A stretch of 56,837 nucleotides of DNA from Actinomycetota bacterium (GCA_013297645.1 JAAFHU010000001.1:6990-63826); one strand, 5' to 3'. Positions 27,028 to 37,907 are shown, counted from the first letter of the stretch. The notes: a model not told the origin generated them from the sequence alone. Program-made: numbers and translations.

Positions 27028-27651
27028 ATGCCAACCGCCGCCGCCTCCCTCGACCGCATTGAGCGGCACGATGAGGTGCGCGAGCTGCAGGCCCGCATCC
27101 GGGCGATGCAGACGACCAAGCTCGACAGCAAGGCGCTCGACACCTCCCCGACGGTCGCGGGGCTCTTGCCCGGGGGCAGTCTGAAAGCGGGCGTCGCCTA
27201 CACGATCGAGGGCTCGACGAGCCTGGCGATGGCGCTCATGGCCGGCCCGTCGCAGGCGGGGGCGTGGTGCGGGGTGGTCGGGGTTCCGACCTTCGGCACC
27301 GAGGCCGCCGCCGCGGCCGGCATCGACCTCGAGCGGCTCGCGCTCGTGCCCTACCCGGGCGACCAGTGGTTGCCGGTGACCGCCGCCCTGGCCGACGTGC
27401 TCACGGTCGTGCTGGTGCGTCCACCGCTGATGCCGTCGGATGGCACGGTGGCGAGGCTCATGGGCAGGCTGCGCGAGCGCGGCGCCACCCTCATCGTGCT
27501 CGGCCGCTGGCCGGGGGCCGAGGCGCGGCTCGAGGTGACGCGCAGCGAGTGGAGCGGCCTCGGGGTGGGGCACGGCTACCTGCGCAGCAGGCAGCTGACG
27601 GTCGGCGTCACCAGCCGCACCGGGCGCCGCGACCGCGAGGTCATGCTGTGA
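27028..27651 (+). CDS. imuA: ImuA'-like RecA-fold mutasome protein
   Basis: LLPGGSL, GAWCGVVG, GIDLERLALVP; first gene of the cassette. Confidence 0.8.
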   Translation: MPTAAASLDRIERHDEVRELQARIRAMQTTKLDSKALDTSPTVAGLLPGGSLKAGVAYTIEGSTSLAMALMAGPSQAGAWCGVVGVPTFGTEAAAAAGIDLERLALVPYPGDQWLPVTAALADVLTVVLVRPPLMPSDGTVARLMGRLRERGATLIVLGRWPGAEARLEVTRSEWSGLGVGHGYLRSRQLTVGVTSRTGRRDREVML

Positions 27652-29186
27652 TCCGCACGATTGTCGCGTGGTGCCCCGATTGGCCCGTCGTCGCCGCGGC
27701 GCAGGATGCGGGGCTCGACCACGACCGCCCCCTCGCGGTCATCGAGAAGAGCCTGGTGTTCGCCTGCTCCCCCGCGGCCCGGGCGGAGGGCGTGAAACGC
27801 GGCATGCGGGCGCGGGCGGCGCAGGCGCGCTGCACCGACATCGTGCTGCTCGACTACGACCGCGGCACCGACGCCCGCGTCTTCGAGCCGGTCGTGCAGG
27901 GCGTCGAGGCATCGATGGCGGGCGTGCAGCTGGTGCGGCCGGGCATGCTCGCCATGAAGGCGCGGGGGCCGGCGCGCTACTACGGCGGCGAGCTGGCGGC
28001 CGCGCGGCTGCTGACCGGCAAGCTGGCCGAGCTCGGGGTGCCCGACGCGCGGATCGGCATCGCCGACGGGCCCTTCGCCGCCGAGCACGCGGCGCGGCAC
28101 GCGCAGAGCGTGCTGATCATCCCCTCCGGTTCTTCTCCGCAGTTCCTGGGTCGGCTGCCGATTGCGGCCTTGGGCGACGCGACCCTGGTGGGGCTGCTCG
28201 GCCGGCTCGGCATCCACTCGCTTGCCGACTTCGCCGCGCTGTCGCCGACGAGCGTGCGCGAGCGCTTCGGCAGCGCCGGCGCCCTCGCGCACGCCCTCGC
28301 CGCCGGGCTGGATGCGACGGCCATCACCGCGCGCACGCCGCCCCGCGACGTGCGGCTCAGCGTCGACTTCGAGCCCGCCCTCGACCGCATCGACCAGGTC
28401 ACCTTCGGCATTCGGGCGGCGGCCGACCGCTTCATCGACGAGCTGCTCGCCGACAAGCTGGCGTGCACCGAGGTGCGGGTGGCGATCAGCTCCGAGGGCG
28501 AGACGAGCGAGCGCACCTGGCTGCATCCGCGCTGGTTCACCGGGGCCGACGTCGTCGACCGGGTGCGCTGGCAGCTGCAGGGGTCGGGCAGTGCCGGCAG
28601 CGGACTGAAGTCCGCGATCACGCGCGTGCGCATCGAGCCGGAGGCGGTCGACCCGGTCGGGGCCCACGAGGCGGGCCTGTGGGGCAACGGCCCCGACGAG
28701 GGCGTGCACCACGGGCTGTCGCGCGTGCAGGGCATGCTCGGCCACGAGGGCGTCGTCACCCCGGTGCTCGGCGGTGGGCGGCTGCTCGCCGAGCGGCAGG
28801 TGCTCGTTGCGTGGGGGGATCGCGCCGACGCCGGTCTCGAGAAGGCGCGGGCGAAGCCCTGGCCGGGCAGCCTGCCCGAGCCGGCCCCTGCGACCGTCTT
28901 CGCCGACCGGCGGGCCGTCGTGGTGCTCGGCGCGCAGCAGCAGCAGCTTGAGGTCAGCGATCGCGGGGTGCTGTCGGGGCATCCGGCCTTCTTCTCGCCG
29001 ACGGGCAAGCGCGACGACCTGCGCCGGGTCGAGGCCTGGGCGGGGCCGTGGCCCGTCGTCCAGCGCTGGTGGGATGCGGCGGCCGCCACGACCGCGAACC
29101 GCTTTCAGCTGATCGACGCGAGTGCGACCGCGTGGCTCCTGGTGCTCGACGGGCAGAGCTGGTGGGCAGAAGGGCTGTACGACTAG
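27648..29186 (+). CDS. imuB: ImuB, inactive Y-family polymerase
   Basis: WCPDWPV, GVKRGMR..AQARC, WAGPWP..RWWD, EGLYD; GTGA overlap. Confidence 0.9.
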   Translation: MIRTIVAWCPDWPVVAAAQDAGLDHDRPLAVIEKSLVFACSPAARAEGVKRGMRARAAQARCTDIVLLDYDRGTDARVFEPVVQGVEASMAGVQLVRPGMLAMKARGPARYYGGELAAARLLTGKLAELGVPDARIGIADGPFAAEHAARHAQSVLIIPSGSSPQFLGRLPIAALGDATLVGLLGRLGIHSLADFAALSPTSVRERFGSAGALAHALAAGLDATAITARTPPRDVRLSVDFEPALDRIDQVTFGIRAAADRFIDELLADKLACTEVRVAISSEGETSERTWLHPRWFTGADVVDRVRWQLQGSGSAGSGLKSAITRVRIEPEAVDPVGAHEAGLWGNGPDEGVHHGLSRVQGMLGHEGVVTPVLGGGRLLAERQVLVAWGDRADAGLEKARAKPWPGSLPEPAPATVFADRRAVVVLGAQQQQLEVSDRGVLSGHPAFFSPTGKRDDLRRVEAWAGPWPVVQRWWDAAAATTANRFQLIDASATAWLLVLDGQSWWAEGLYD

Positions 29187-29190
29187 TGTG

Positions 29191-29268
29191 GCGCGCTGGA
29201 GCTATGGGAGAAGGCGCTTTCGCGCCTTCTCTGCGACGCCAGCGCCGACGACCGTGCCGGTCGTCGGT
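29191..29268. repeat. 78-nt structured repeat element, copy B
   Basis: Homolog of 969-1046 with compensatory substitutions; lies between imuB and dnaE2. Confidence 0.85.
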
Positions 29269-29298
29269 TCCAGAAAAACGCAGCGAGCGTAGCCGCTG

Positions 29299-32200
29299 AT
29301 GCCTTTCAACAACCCCGCCATGCCGTGGTCGGAGCTCAACCGCAAGCTCAGCGACTCTGCGCGCGAGAAGGACGGCGGCGACGGCCCCGCCTTCTCGCGC
29401 AAGCGCGTGCCCTACATCGCGCCGACGTCGTATGTCGCCGGAAAGGTGCCCTACGCCGAGCTGCACGCGCACTCGACCTTCAGCTTCCTCGACGGCGCGA
29501 GCCAGCCCGAGGAGCTCGCCGAGGAGGCCGCGCGCCTGGGGCTGCACGGGCTGGCGATCACCGACCACGACGGCTTCTACGGCATCGTGCGCATGGCCGA
29601 GGCCGCCGAGAAGTATCCAGAGCTGCAGACGGTCTTCGGCGCCGAGCTCTCGCTCGACCTGACCAAGCCGCAGAACGGCGAGCCCGACCCCGAGGGCAGC
29701 CACCTGCTCGTGCTCGCCCGGCGGGAGGAGGGCTATCACCGGCTCAGCGAGGTCATCACGACCGCCCAACTGGCCGACGGCGCAGAGAAGGGGCACCCGG
29801 TCTACGACCTCGAATCCATCGCCGAGAAGTCCTCCAACGATTTCCTCATACTCACCGGATGCCGCAAAGGCACGGTGCGCCAGGCCCTGCTGCAGGGCGA
29901 GCAGGCGGCGGCCCGCGAGGTCGACCGCCTCGTCTGGCTGTTCGGACGCGACAACGTCGCCGTCGAGCTCATCGACAACGGCGAGCCCCTCGCCTCGACC
30001 TACAACGACGCGCTGTACGCGATCGCGCGGCGACGCTCTCTCGCGGCCGTCGCCACGGGCAACGTGCACTTTGCGCGGCCGGCGCAGCGGCAGCTCGCCA
30101 GCGCCATTGCGGCCGTGCGCGCCCGCCGCAGCCTCGACGACCTCGACGGCTGGCTGCCGTCGGGCGCGGCGCACCTGCGCAGCGGAGAGGAGATGGCCGC
30201 GCGCTTCGCGCGCTATCCCGGGGCGATCGAGCGCACCGTGGAGTTCTCTGACCAGCTGTCCTTCGCGCTGCGCTCGATGAAGCCGGGGCTGCCCGGCCAG
30301 GAGGTCCCCGAGGGGCACACGCCGATGTCGTGGCTGCGGCAGCTGGTGTGGGAGGCGGCGGCCGTGAAGTACCCGCGCGCCGACGATGCGGTGACGCGGC
30401 GCATCGAGCGCGAGCTCGAGGTCATCGAGCAGAAGGACTTCCCCGGCTACTTCCTCATCGTGCGCGACATCGTCATGTTCGCGAAGGGCGAGGGGATCCT
30501 CTGCCAGGGCCGCGGCTCGGCCGCCAACTCCGCGGTCTGCTACCTCCTGGGGATCACGGCCGTCGACTCCATCCGCTATGGCCTACCCTTCGAGCGCTTC
30601 CTCTCTGCGATGCGCGAGGAGGAGCCCGACATCGACGTCGACTTCGACTCCGACCGCCGCGAGGAGGTCATCCAGTACGTCTTCCGCAAGTACGGCCGGC
30701 GCAACGCGGCCCAGGTGGCGAACGTCATCAGCTACCGTCCGAAGTTCGCGGTGCGCGACATGGCGAAGGCACTCGGCTACGGCCCGGGGCAGCAGGATGC
30801 GTGGTCGAAGCAGATCGAGTCGTGGTCGTCGGTCTCCGTGGGCGAGGGCAGCGACATCCCGCCCGCTGTCATCGAGTTGGCGACCGAGGTGCTGAAGTTT
30901 CCGCGGCACCTGGGCATCCACTCGGGCGGCATGGTGCTGACCAAGCGGCCGATCGGCGAGATCGTGCCGATCGAGCACGCCCGCATGGAGAACCGCACGG
31001 TCGTGCAGTGGGACAAAGACGACTGCGCGTGGATGGGCCTGGTCAAGTTCGACCTGCTCGGGCTCGGCATGCTCGCGGCCCTGCAGTACAGCTTCGATCT
31101 GATCCGCGACCACACGGTCGACGACTGGTCGCTCGAGACGATGCCGAAGGAGGAGAAGGGCGTCTACGACATGCTGTGCCGCGCCGACTCCGTCGGGGTG
31201 TTCCAGGTCGAGAGCCGCGCGCAGATGGGCACGCTGCCGCGCCTGCAGCCGCGGCGCTTCTACGAGCTCGTCATCGAGATCGCGCTCATTCGGCCGGGGC
31301 CGATCCAGGGCGGGGCGGTGCACCCCTACATCCGCCGCAAGCTCGGCAAGGAGCCGGTGACCTACCCGCACCCGCTGCTCGAGCCGGTGCTCGAGCGCAC
31401 CATGGGGGTGCCGCTCTTCCAGGAGCAGCTCATGCAGATGGCGATGACGATCGGCAACTGCTCGGGCGATGACGCCGACCTGCTGCGCCGGGCTATGGGC
31501 TCGAAGCGCGGGCTGGAGAAGATCTCGTCGCTCAAGGCGAAGCTCTACACGGGCATGGCCGAGAACGGCATCACCGGCGAGCTCGCCGACAGCCTCTACG
31601 ACAAGATCGAGGCCTTCGCGAACTTCGGCTTCGCCGAGAGCCACTCCATCAGCTTCGCCCTGCTCGTCTACGCCAGTTCGTGGATCAAGCTGCACTACCC
31701 CGCCGCCTTTCTCGCCTCCCTGCTGCGCGCGCAGCCGATGGGCTTCTACTCCCCCGCCTCGCTCACCGCCGACGCCCGCCGCCACGGCGTCGAGGTGCTC
31801 GGCCCCGACGTGCACCTCAGCGGGGTGCACGCGGGCCTCGAGGGCACGCTCGAACCGTCATCGCGCGATGCCTGCACCGACACCGAGCAGCCCCCGGTGG
31901 GCCTCTTCGACCCGAAGACGGCCGAGCACACCGATGAGCACCGCCGCGACCGCGGGCTGTCGGTGCGGCTCGGCCTCGCCGCCGTGCGCGGAATCGGGGT
32001 GGATGTCGCCACCCGCATCGTGGCCGAGCGCGACCGCGGCCCCTACCGCGACCTCGCCGACCTCAGTCGCCGCGTCGGCCTCAGTGCCGCCCAGCTGGAG
32101 TCCCTCGCCTCCGCCGGCGCCTTCGAGGGTCTGGGCATGACCCGCCGCGAGGCCATCTGGGACGCCGGCTACGCCGCCCTCGACAAGGCCGACTACCTGC

Positions 32201-32658
32201 CCGACACCTTCGTCGCCGTGCAGCCCCCGCTGTTTCCGCTGCTCACTGCCGCCGAGCAGGTCATCAGCGATCTGTGGGCGACGGGCATCTCGCCCGACGA
32301 CCACCCGATGCGGCACGTGCGCGAGTTCTTGAACCAGCGCGGGGTGCTCTCTGCCGAGGCGTTGAAGACCGCCGAGTCCGAGCGCCGCGTCGAGGTCGGC
32401 GGCGTCGTCATCCACCGCCAGCGCCCCGCGACCGCGGGCGGCGTCACCTTCATGAACCTCGAGGATGAGACCGGCATGATCAACATCATCTGCACGGTCG
32501 GCGTGTGGAACCGCTACCGCCGCGTCGCCCGGGAGTCGCCCGCCCTCATCATCCGCGGCATCCTCGAGCGCTCGTCCGAGGGCGTCACCAACCTCATCGC
32601 GGATGCCTTCGAAGAGCTGCCGGTCGCGGGGCGCACGGTGTCGCGCAACTTCCACTAG
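29299..32658 (+). CDS. dnaE2: Error-prone DNA polymerase III alpha subunit
   Basis: PHP domain YAELHAHS, GRGSAANS, PDIDVD, KFDLLGLG, FAESHS, C-terminal SRNFH. Confidence 0.97.
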   Translation: MPFNNPAMPWSELNRKLSDSAREKDGGDGPAFSRKRVPYIAPTSYVAGKVPYAELHAHSTFSFLDGASQPEELAEEAARLGLHGLAITDHDGFYGIVRMAEAAEKYPELQTVFGAELSLDLTKPQNGEPDPEGSHLLVLARREEGYHRLSEVITTAQLADGAEKGHPVYDLESIAEKSSNDFLILTGCRKGTVRQALLQGEQAAAREVDRLVWLFGRDNVAVELIDNGEPLASTYNDALYAIARRRSLAAVATGNVHFARPAQRQLASAIAAVRARRSLDDLDGWLPSGAAHLRSGEEMAARFARYPGAIERTVEFSDQLSFALRSMKPGLPGQEVPEGHTPMSWLRQLVWEAAAVKYPRADDAVTRRIERELEVIEQKDFPGYFLIVRDIVMFAKGEGILCQGRGSAANSAVCYLLGITAVDSIRYGLPFERFLSAMREEEPDIDVDFDSDRREEVIQYVFRKYGRRNAAQVANVISYRPKFAVRDMAKALGYGPGQQDAWSKQIESWSSVSVGEGSDIPPAVIELATEVLKFPRHLGIHSGGMVLTKRPIGEIVPIEHARMENRTVVQWDKDDCAWMGLVKFDLLGLGMLAALQYSFDLIRDHTVDDWSLETMPKEEKGVYDMLCRADSVGVFQVESRAQMGTLPRLQPRRFYELVIEIALIRPGPIQGGAVHPYIRRKLGKEPVTYPHPLLEPVLERTMGVPLFQEQLMQMAMTIGNCSGDDADLLRRAMGSKRGLEKISSLKAKLYTGMAENGITGELADSLYDKIEAFANFGFAESHSISFALLVYASSWIKLHYPAAFLASLLRAQPMGFYSPASLTADARRHGVEVLGPDVHLSGVHAGLEGTLEPSSRDACTDTEQPPVGLFDPKTAEHTDEHRRDRGLSVRLGLAAVRGIGVDVATRIVAERDRGPYRDLADLSRRVGLSAAQLESLASAGAFEGLGMTRREAIWDAGYAALDKADYLPDTFVAVQPPLFPLLTAAEQVISDLWATGISPDDHPMRHVREFLNQRGVLSAEALKTAESERRVEVGGVVIHRQRPATAGGVTFMNLEDETGMINIICTVGVWNRYRRVARESPALIIRGILERSSEGVTNLIADAFEELPVAGRTVSRNFH

Positions 32659-32727
32659 TCGCACACGCTCCACGACTCGGGCAGTCTCCGCAGGTCGCTA
32701 CATGCCTCCGCGGGAAGTCCCCCGGAC

Positions 32728-32796
32728 ACTCACCAAAAAGAGGACATCGTGACCCCCGTCTGCATGGGGGCCAAGAATGTCCTCTTTTTGGTGAGT
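32728..32796. repeat. Long hairpin with a 20-bp perfect stem between convergent genes
   Basis: ACTCACCAAAAAGAGGACAT ... ATGTCCTCTTTTTGGTGAGT. Confidence 0.8.
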
Positions 32797-32849
32797 CTGT
32801 TGCGGGTCAGGCCTCGACCCGCGAGACCCGAGCCGAGAACTGCGACCCG

Positions 32850-34655
32850 CTAGACCAGCGACTCCCGCCACGCCGCGTGCAGCTGCGCGAAGCGGCCGGT
32901 GCCCGCGATGAGCTCGGCGGGCGAGCCGTCCTCGACGATGATCCCGTGCTCCATGACCAGCACCCGGTCGGCGATCGCGACCGTCGAGAGGCGGTGCGCG
33001 ATGATGATCGCGGTGCGGTCGGCGAGCAGCGTCTGCAGCCCCTGCTGCACGAGGCGTTCCGACGGCATGTCGAGCGAGGCGGTCGCCTCGTCGAGGATGA
33101 GCACGACGGGGTCGGCGAGGAACGCGCGCGCGAAGCTGAGCAGCTGGCGCTGCCCGGCCGAGACGCGCCCGCCGCGCTTGTTGACATCCGTGTCGTATCC
33201 GTGGGGAAGGGCCTCGATAAATTCGTGGGCTCCGACCGCCTTGGCCGCGCTGATGATCTGCTCGCGCGAGGCGCCGGGGTTGCCGAGCGCGATGTTCTCG
33301 GCGACACTGCCCGAGAACAGGTACGCCTCCTGGGTGACCATGACGATCGCCCGCCGCAGGTCTTTCGGGTGCATGCGCCGCAGGTCGACACCGTCGAGCA
33401 GCAGGCGGCCGTTCGTCGGGTCGTAGAAGCGCGAGATGAGCTTGGCCAGCGTCGACTTGCCCGCACCGGTGGTGCCGACGAGCGCGATGGTCTGCCCCGC
33501 CGGAATGTGCAGGTCGAACTCGGGCAGCACCACGGAGTCCCGGGTGTACGAGAAGGCGACACGGTCGAACTCGAGCTCGCCCTTCGCCTGCCACAGGTCG
33601 ATCGGCGTCGTCGGGTTGGACACCGTGGGGGTCTCCTCGAGAACGCCCGAGATCTTCTCGAGCGCCGACGCCGCCGACTGGTAGGAGTTGTAGAACATCG
33701 CCATGTCGTAGGTCGGCATGAAGAACTGCCGCGAGTAGAGCAGCGCGGCGAGCAGCGAGCCGATCGCCAGACTGCCCTCGGCCACCCGCAGGCCGCCGGC
33801 GAGCAGAACGATTGCCAGGGTCACGTTGCCGATGAGCACGATGCCGGGCTCGTAGATGCTGAACAGGCGGAAGACCCGGGCGTTGGCCACCCGATACTCC
33901 TCGACGTGGTCGCCGAACTCGGCTTCGTTGCGCTTCTCCTTGCGGAAGGCCTGCACCGCACGGATGCCGCGCATGGTCTCGACGAAGTGCACGATCACGC
34001 GGGCCGACGCCGTACGGGTGCGGCGGAAGCGCTTGGCCGAGTGGTACTGGAACCAGCGGCTGAGCAGCGCGAAGGGCAGCAGGGCGCCGATGAGGATGCC
34101 CGCGCTGACCGGGTCGACGATGAAGGCCGCGATCGCGACGAACAGCATGAACAGCCCGCCCTGCACGAGCTGGCTGAGCCCGCCGTCGAGCAGCTCGCGA
34201 ATAGCGTCGAGGTCGCTCGTCTGCCGCGCGATGATGCGACCCGAGGTGTAGTTCTCGTGGAAGTCGAGGCTGAGGTCCTGGGTTTGCTTGAACACGCGCT
34301 TGCGCAGGTCGAGCAGCACGGCCTGGCTGACGCGCGCGGTGAGCACGACATACCAGGCCATCGAGACCGCACCGAGGATGCCGGTGGCCACGAAGGCCCC
34401 GGAGGCGAGCCCGATCGGCATCCAGTCGGCTTTCAGCGCCGCGGGCAGGCCCTGGTTGATGCCGTAGGCGATGAGCGCCGGACCGGCCACCTGGGCAGCC
34501 GTCGTGCCGACGACGACCAGGGCGGTGAGGATGACGCGGGTGCGCAGCGGGCGCAGCAGCGAGCCGAGCAGGCGCAGCGAGCGCTGCCGCACCGCGCGGG
34601 ATTCTTCTGTGCTGAGGTTCTGGCGGTCCTCGTCCGCGGTGCCGAGCATGCTCAT
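32850..34655 (-). CDS. ABC exporter half-transporter (TMD-NBD)
   Basis: [27 protein letters not shown]. Confidence 0.93.
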   Translation of the reverse strand: MSMLGTADEDRQNLSTEESRAVRQRSLRLLGSLLRPLRTRVILTALVVVGTTAAQVAGPALIAYGINQGLPAALKADWMPIGLASGAFVATGILGAVSMAWYVVLTARVSQAVLLDLRKRVFKQTQDLSLDFHENYTSGRIIARQTSDLDAIRELLDGGLSQLVQGGLFMLFVAIAAFIVDPVSAGILIGALLPFALLSRWFQYHSAKRFRRTRTASARVIVHFVETMRGIRAVQAFRKEKRNEAEFGDHVEEYRVANARVFRLFSIYEPGIVLIGNVTLAIVLLAGGLRVAEGSLAIGSLLAALLYSRQFFMPTYDMAMFYNSYQSAASALEKISGVLEETPTVSNPTTPIDLWQAKGELEFDRVAFSYTRDSVVLPEFDLHIPAGQTIALVGTTGAGKSTLAKLISRFYDPTNGRLLLDGVDLRRMHPKDLRRAIVMVTQEAYLFSGSVAENIALGNPGASREQIISAAKAVGAHEFIEALPHGYDTDVNKRGGRVSAGQRQLLSFARAFLADPVVLILDEATASLDMPSERLVQQGLQTLLADRTAIIIAHRLSTVAIADRVLVMEHGIIVEDGSPAELIAGTGRFAQLHAAWRESLV

Positions 34656-36442
34656 CGCGTGACCTCCCCTTCGAGAGCGTTGCCTTCGGGATCCAGACTC
34701 GAGATCACGTAGCGGTAGTGGTCGCTGCTCGCGAGCAGCTCGTGGTGGGTGCCGACCGCGGTGACGCGGCCGTTCTCGAGCAGGGCGACGCGGTCGGCGA
34801 GCGCCACGGTCGAGGGGCGGTGGGCGACGACGAGTGCCGTCGTCGAGGCGAGCACGCGGCGCAGGGCCTCTTCGACAAGGGCCTCGGTGTCGACGTCGAG
34901 CGCGCTGAGCGGGTCGTCGAGCACGAGCACCTCGGGGTCAGCGGCGACAGCCCGCGCGAGCGCGAGCCGCTGGCGCTGCCCGCCGCTGAGGCTGAGCCCC
35001 TCCTCGCCGATGGTGGTGTCGAGTCCCTGCGGCAGCTCGTGCACGAAGTCGGCCTGCGCGATCGCGAGGGCCTTCTCGAGCTCGGCGTCGCCGGCATCCG
35101 GTCGTCCCATGAGCACGTTGGCGCGCACCGAGTCGGAGAACAGCGTCGCATCCTCGAAGGCCATCGAGATGTGCGTTCGCAGCTGGTCGCGGCTGAGGTC
35201 GCGCACGTCGACGCCGTCGAGGGTAATGCGGCCGCCGGTGACGTCGTAGAGGCGGGTGGCCAGGGCCGTCAGCGTGGTCTTGCCGCTGCCGGTCAGGCCG
35301 ACGATCGCCATGGTCTCGCCCGGCTCGATGGTGAGGTCGATGCCATTGAGCAGGTCGCGCTGGCCGTCGGGGGCGTCCTGGTACCGAAAGTGCACGTTCT
35401 CGAAGACGAGCCGGCCCTGCGGCGTGGTGATGGCCTGCGGCGACTCGGGGTCGACGACCGTGTTCACCGAGTCCATGACCTCGAAGTAGCGGTCGGTCGC
35501 GGTGCGCGCGTCGAAGGTCATCGACAGCAGGAAGCCGATCGAGTCGACCGGGAAGCGCAGCACGGTCGCGGTCGCGAAGAAGGCGACGAGCTGGCCGACG
35601 GTCAGCTGGCCGTTGACAGCGAGCGCAACGCCGGCGAAGAGGCCGATCGCGAAGGTGACATCGGGCACGACGACGATCCACAGCCAGATGCCGCCGATCG
35701 CCTTCGCCTTGGCGATCTCGGTCTGGCGCAGCTCGTCGGCCTGCGTGGCGAAGTTGGCGAGCGCGTGGCGCCCGCGGCCGAAGGCCTTGAGCACGCGGAT
35801 GCCGTGCACCGACTCCTCGACAGCCGTCGCGAGGTCGCCGGACTGATCCTGGCTGCGGCGCGAGATCTCGGAGTACTTCGACTCGAATTTGTAGCTGAAG
35901 ATCCACAGCGGCGCGGAGCAGACGACGAAGATCAGGCCGAGCACCCACGAGATCGATACGAGGAAGATCAGGCCGAGCACGACCGTCACCACGTTGACGA
36001 TGAGCAGGATGATTCCGAAGGCGAGCCACCGGCGGATGAGTCCGAGGTCGCTCATCATGCGCGAGAGCAGCTGCCCGCTGGCCCACCGGTCATGGAAGGA
36101 CACCGGCAGGTCTTGCAGCTTCGCGTAGAAGGCGTTGCGCATGCCGGCCTCGACATGCGTCGTCGGGATCAGCGCGAAGACGCGGCGCAGCGCGAAGAGC
36201 AGCGCCTCACTCACACCCAGCACGACCACGACGAGCACGATCGGCACGACGAGCGAGCTGTCACCGGTCGAGAGCGGGCCGTCGACCAAACCGCGCAGCA
36301 CCTGCGGGATGGCGAGCGCGACGACGTTCGAGAGCAGGGAGGCGATGGTGCCGAGAATGAGCCGGGGCAGCGCCGCCCGGGCGAAGGGGTAGAGCCGGGC
36401 GAGCGCGCGGACAGTGCCGACAGAGGTCGGTGAAGTGGTCAT
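34652..36442 (-). CDS. ABC exporter half-transporter (TMD-NBD), degenerate site
   Basis: [14 protein letters not shown], Walker B LVLDD lacking the catalytic Glu; heterodimer partner. Confidence 0.93.
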   Translation of the reverse strand: MTTSPTSVGTVRALARLYPFARAALPRLILGTIASLLSNVVALAIPQVLRGLVDGPLSTGDSSLVVPIVLVVVVLGVSEALLFALRRVFALIPTTHVEAGMRNAFYAKLQDLPVSFHDRWASGQLLSRMMSDLGLIRRWLAFGIILLIVNVVTVVLGLIFLVSISWVLGLIFVVCSAPLWIFSYKFESKYSEISRRSQDQSGDLATAVEESVHGIRVLKAFGRGRHALANFATQADELRQTEIAKAKAIGGIWLWIVVVPDVTFAIGLFAGVALAVNGQLTVGQLVAFFATATVLRFPVDSIGFLLSMTFDARTATDRYFEVMDSVNTVVDPESPQAITTPQGRLVFENVHFRYQDAPDGQRDLLNGIDLTIEPGETMAIVGLTGSGKTTLTALATRLYDVTGGRITLDGVDVRDLSRDQLRTHISMAFEDATLFSDSVRANVLMGRPDAGDAELEKALAIAQADFVHELPQGLDTTIGEEGLSLSGGQRQRLALARAVAADPEVLVLDDPLSALDVDTEALVEEALRRVLASTTALVVAHRPSTVALADRVALLENGRVTAVGTHHELLASSDHYRYVISSLDPEGNALEGEVTR

Positions 36443-36506
36443 GACAGAGCCTTAGAGCCGCAGACGCGGCGGGAGAAAGAGGACTAAACGACGAGGAGGG
36501 GGTGCG

Positions 36507-36590
36507 CTATCGAGAGCGCGTGACTCGGCACGGAGCGGCATAGACAGCGCCGGCGTCGATCGTGGCCGTGGCGAGAACTGTCTGTGTCAT
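36507..36590 (-). CDS. Putative 27-aa leader peptide
   Basis: GGGGGA RBS then MTQTVLATATIDAGAVYAAPCRVTRSR, between the promoter and the ABC genes. Confidence 0.5.
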   Translation of the reverse strand: MTQTVLATATIDAGAVYAAPCRVTRSR

Positions 36591-36630
36591 TGCATCCCCC
36601 TGGGAGTCCGTGTCGTCTTCAGAGCCTTTC

Positions 36631-36668
36631 AGACTAGGGGCTTTCCTTGCCGCAGTGCAAGCTTTTCT
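36631..36668 (-). promoter_or_regulatory. Sigma-A promoter with WhiB7/WblC-like A-tract
   Basis: Minus strand AGAAAAGC-TTGCAC-18 nt-TAGTCT. Confidence 0.6.
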
Positions 36669-37888
36669 TATCGCACCCGCACCGAGAGGCAGGTGACGCA
36701 GCCCTCGAGCTTCTCGAACTCGCTGATGTCGACCGTGACCACCGTGTATCCCAGCTCGCGGATGAGCTGGGCGCTCTGCGGTGCGGACGCCGCCATGAGC
36801 ACGGTGTCGGCCGCCAACTCGACGACGTGGGCCCCCGCCTCCTCGGGCATGGCCAGGAAGCGGCCGAAGATGCTCGGGTCGTCGACGAGGGGCGGGTACC
36901 CGATGACGGTGCCGTCGGGCAGGGCGGTGACGGCGCTCTTGAGGTGCAGCACCTTCGTGATCGGGACGGCGACGACCGTGTAGCCGAGCGGCGCGACGAT
37001 GGCGCGCAACTGGCGGATGCCCTCCGCGTTGGTGCGGCCACCCCGGCCGACGTAGACGGTCGTGCCGACCTTGAGAACGTCGCCTCCGTCGAGGGTGCCC
37101 GGCAGGGTGATCCGCTCGATTCTCAGGCCGAGCTCGCGAACCGTGGTCTCGACATCGGCCACTTCGCCGCGGCGGGATTCGGCACCCGGGCTGGTCAGCA
37201 CGGCGGTGCGGCCGAAGAGCACGACGGCGTCTTCGACGAAGACGGAGTCGGCCATGTCGGGTGCCGGATGCACCTCGACCGTGGTCCAGCCGTTGTCCGT
37301 GAGGGCGGCGACATACGCGTCCCACTGCTCGTCGGCGAGATCGGGGTCGACCGGGCTGCGCTCGATGTGGGTGACCTCGCCCTCGGCGAGGTTGGATGCG
37401 GGAAGGCGGATGAGCGCGATCCTGCGCGAGCGCGCCCCGACCCGCGCCTCGACCACTTTGTGCCACGCGACGAGGCCGAGCGCCGCGGCGCTGACAACGA
37501 GCGCCACAACGAAGAACAGGTTCGAGCCGCCCAGAGTGCCGAACACCGCGACGACCCACTCGGCGCTCAGCACCGCGCCGGTCTGGACGACCGAGAAGGT
37601 CGTGCCGACCAGCGCCCCGGCGACGGCCGCGACGAGGCCGGCCGGCAGCGCGAGGTACCAGCGAGTGAAGACACCGATGAAGGCCAGAGCCGCCAGCACC
37701 ACGAAGGTGACGAAGCTCGACGGGGCGAAGTAGGCGTTGATGCGGCCGATCGCGCTCGCAGCGAAGTCGTAGGAGATGAAGAACGCGAGCACCGTGGCCA
37801 CATGCGCGACGACGACGACCGCGAGGGACGACACGAGCGACGCGACAATGCGACGGGGCAGGGGAAGGTGGCGCACGCTCGACAACAT
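36668..37888 (-). CDS. ddaH: Dimethylargininase (DDAH) with an N-terminal membrane domain
   Basis: FVED, DGGD, LHLKS, KLEGCVTCLS catalytic motifs; about 140-aa hydrophobic N-terminus. Confidence 0.88.
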   Translation of the reverse strand: MLSSVRHLPLPRRIVASLVSSLAVVVVAHVATVLAFFISYDFAASAIGRINAYFAPSSFVTFVVLAALAFIGVFTRWYLALPAGLVAAVAGALVGTTFSVVQTGAVLSAEWVVAVFGTLGGSNLFFVVALVVSAAALGLVAWHKVVEARVGARSRRIALIRLPASNLAEGEVTHIERSPVDPDLADEQWDAYVAALTDNGWTTVEVHPAPDMADSVFVEDAVVLFGRTAVLTSPGAESRRGEVADVETTVRELGLRIERITLPGTLDGGDVLKVGTTVYVGRGGRTNAEGIRQLRAIVAPLGYTVVAVPITKVLHLKSAVTALPDGTVIGYPPLVDDPSIFGRFLAMPEEAGAHVVELAADTVLMAASAPQSAQLIRELGYTVVTVDISEFEKLEGCVTCLSVRVR

Positions 37889-37907
37889 GCCTCGAGCCTA
37901 GGCGCTA

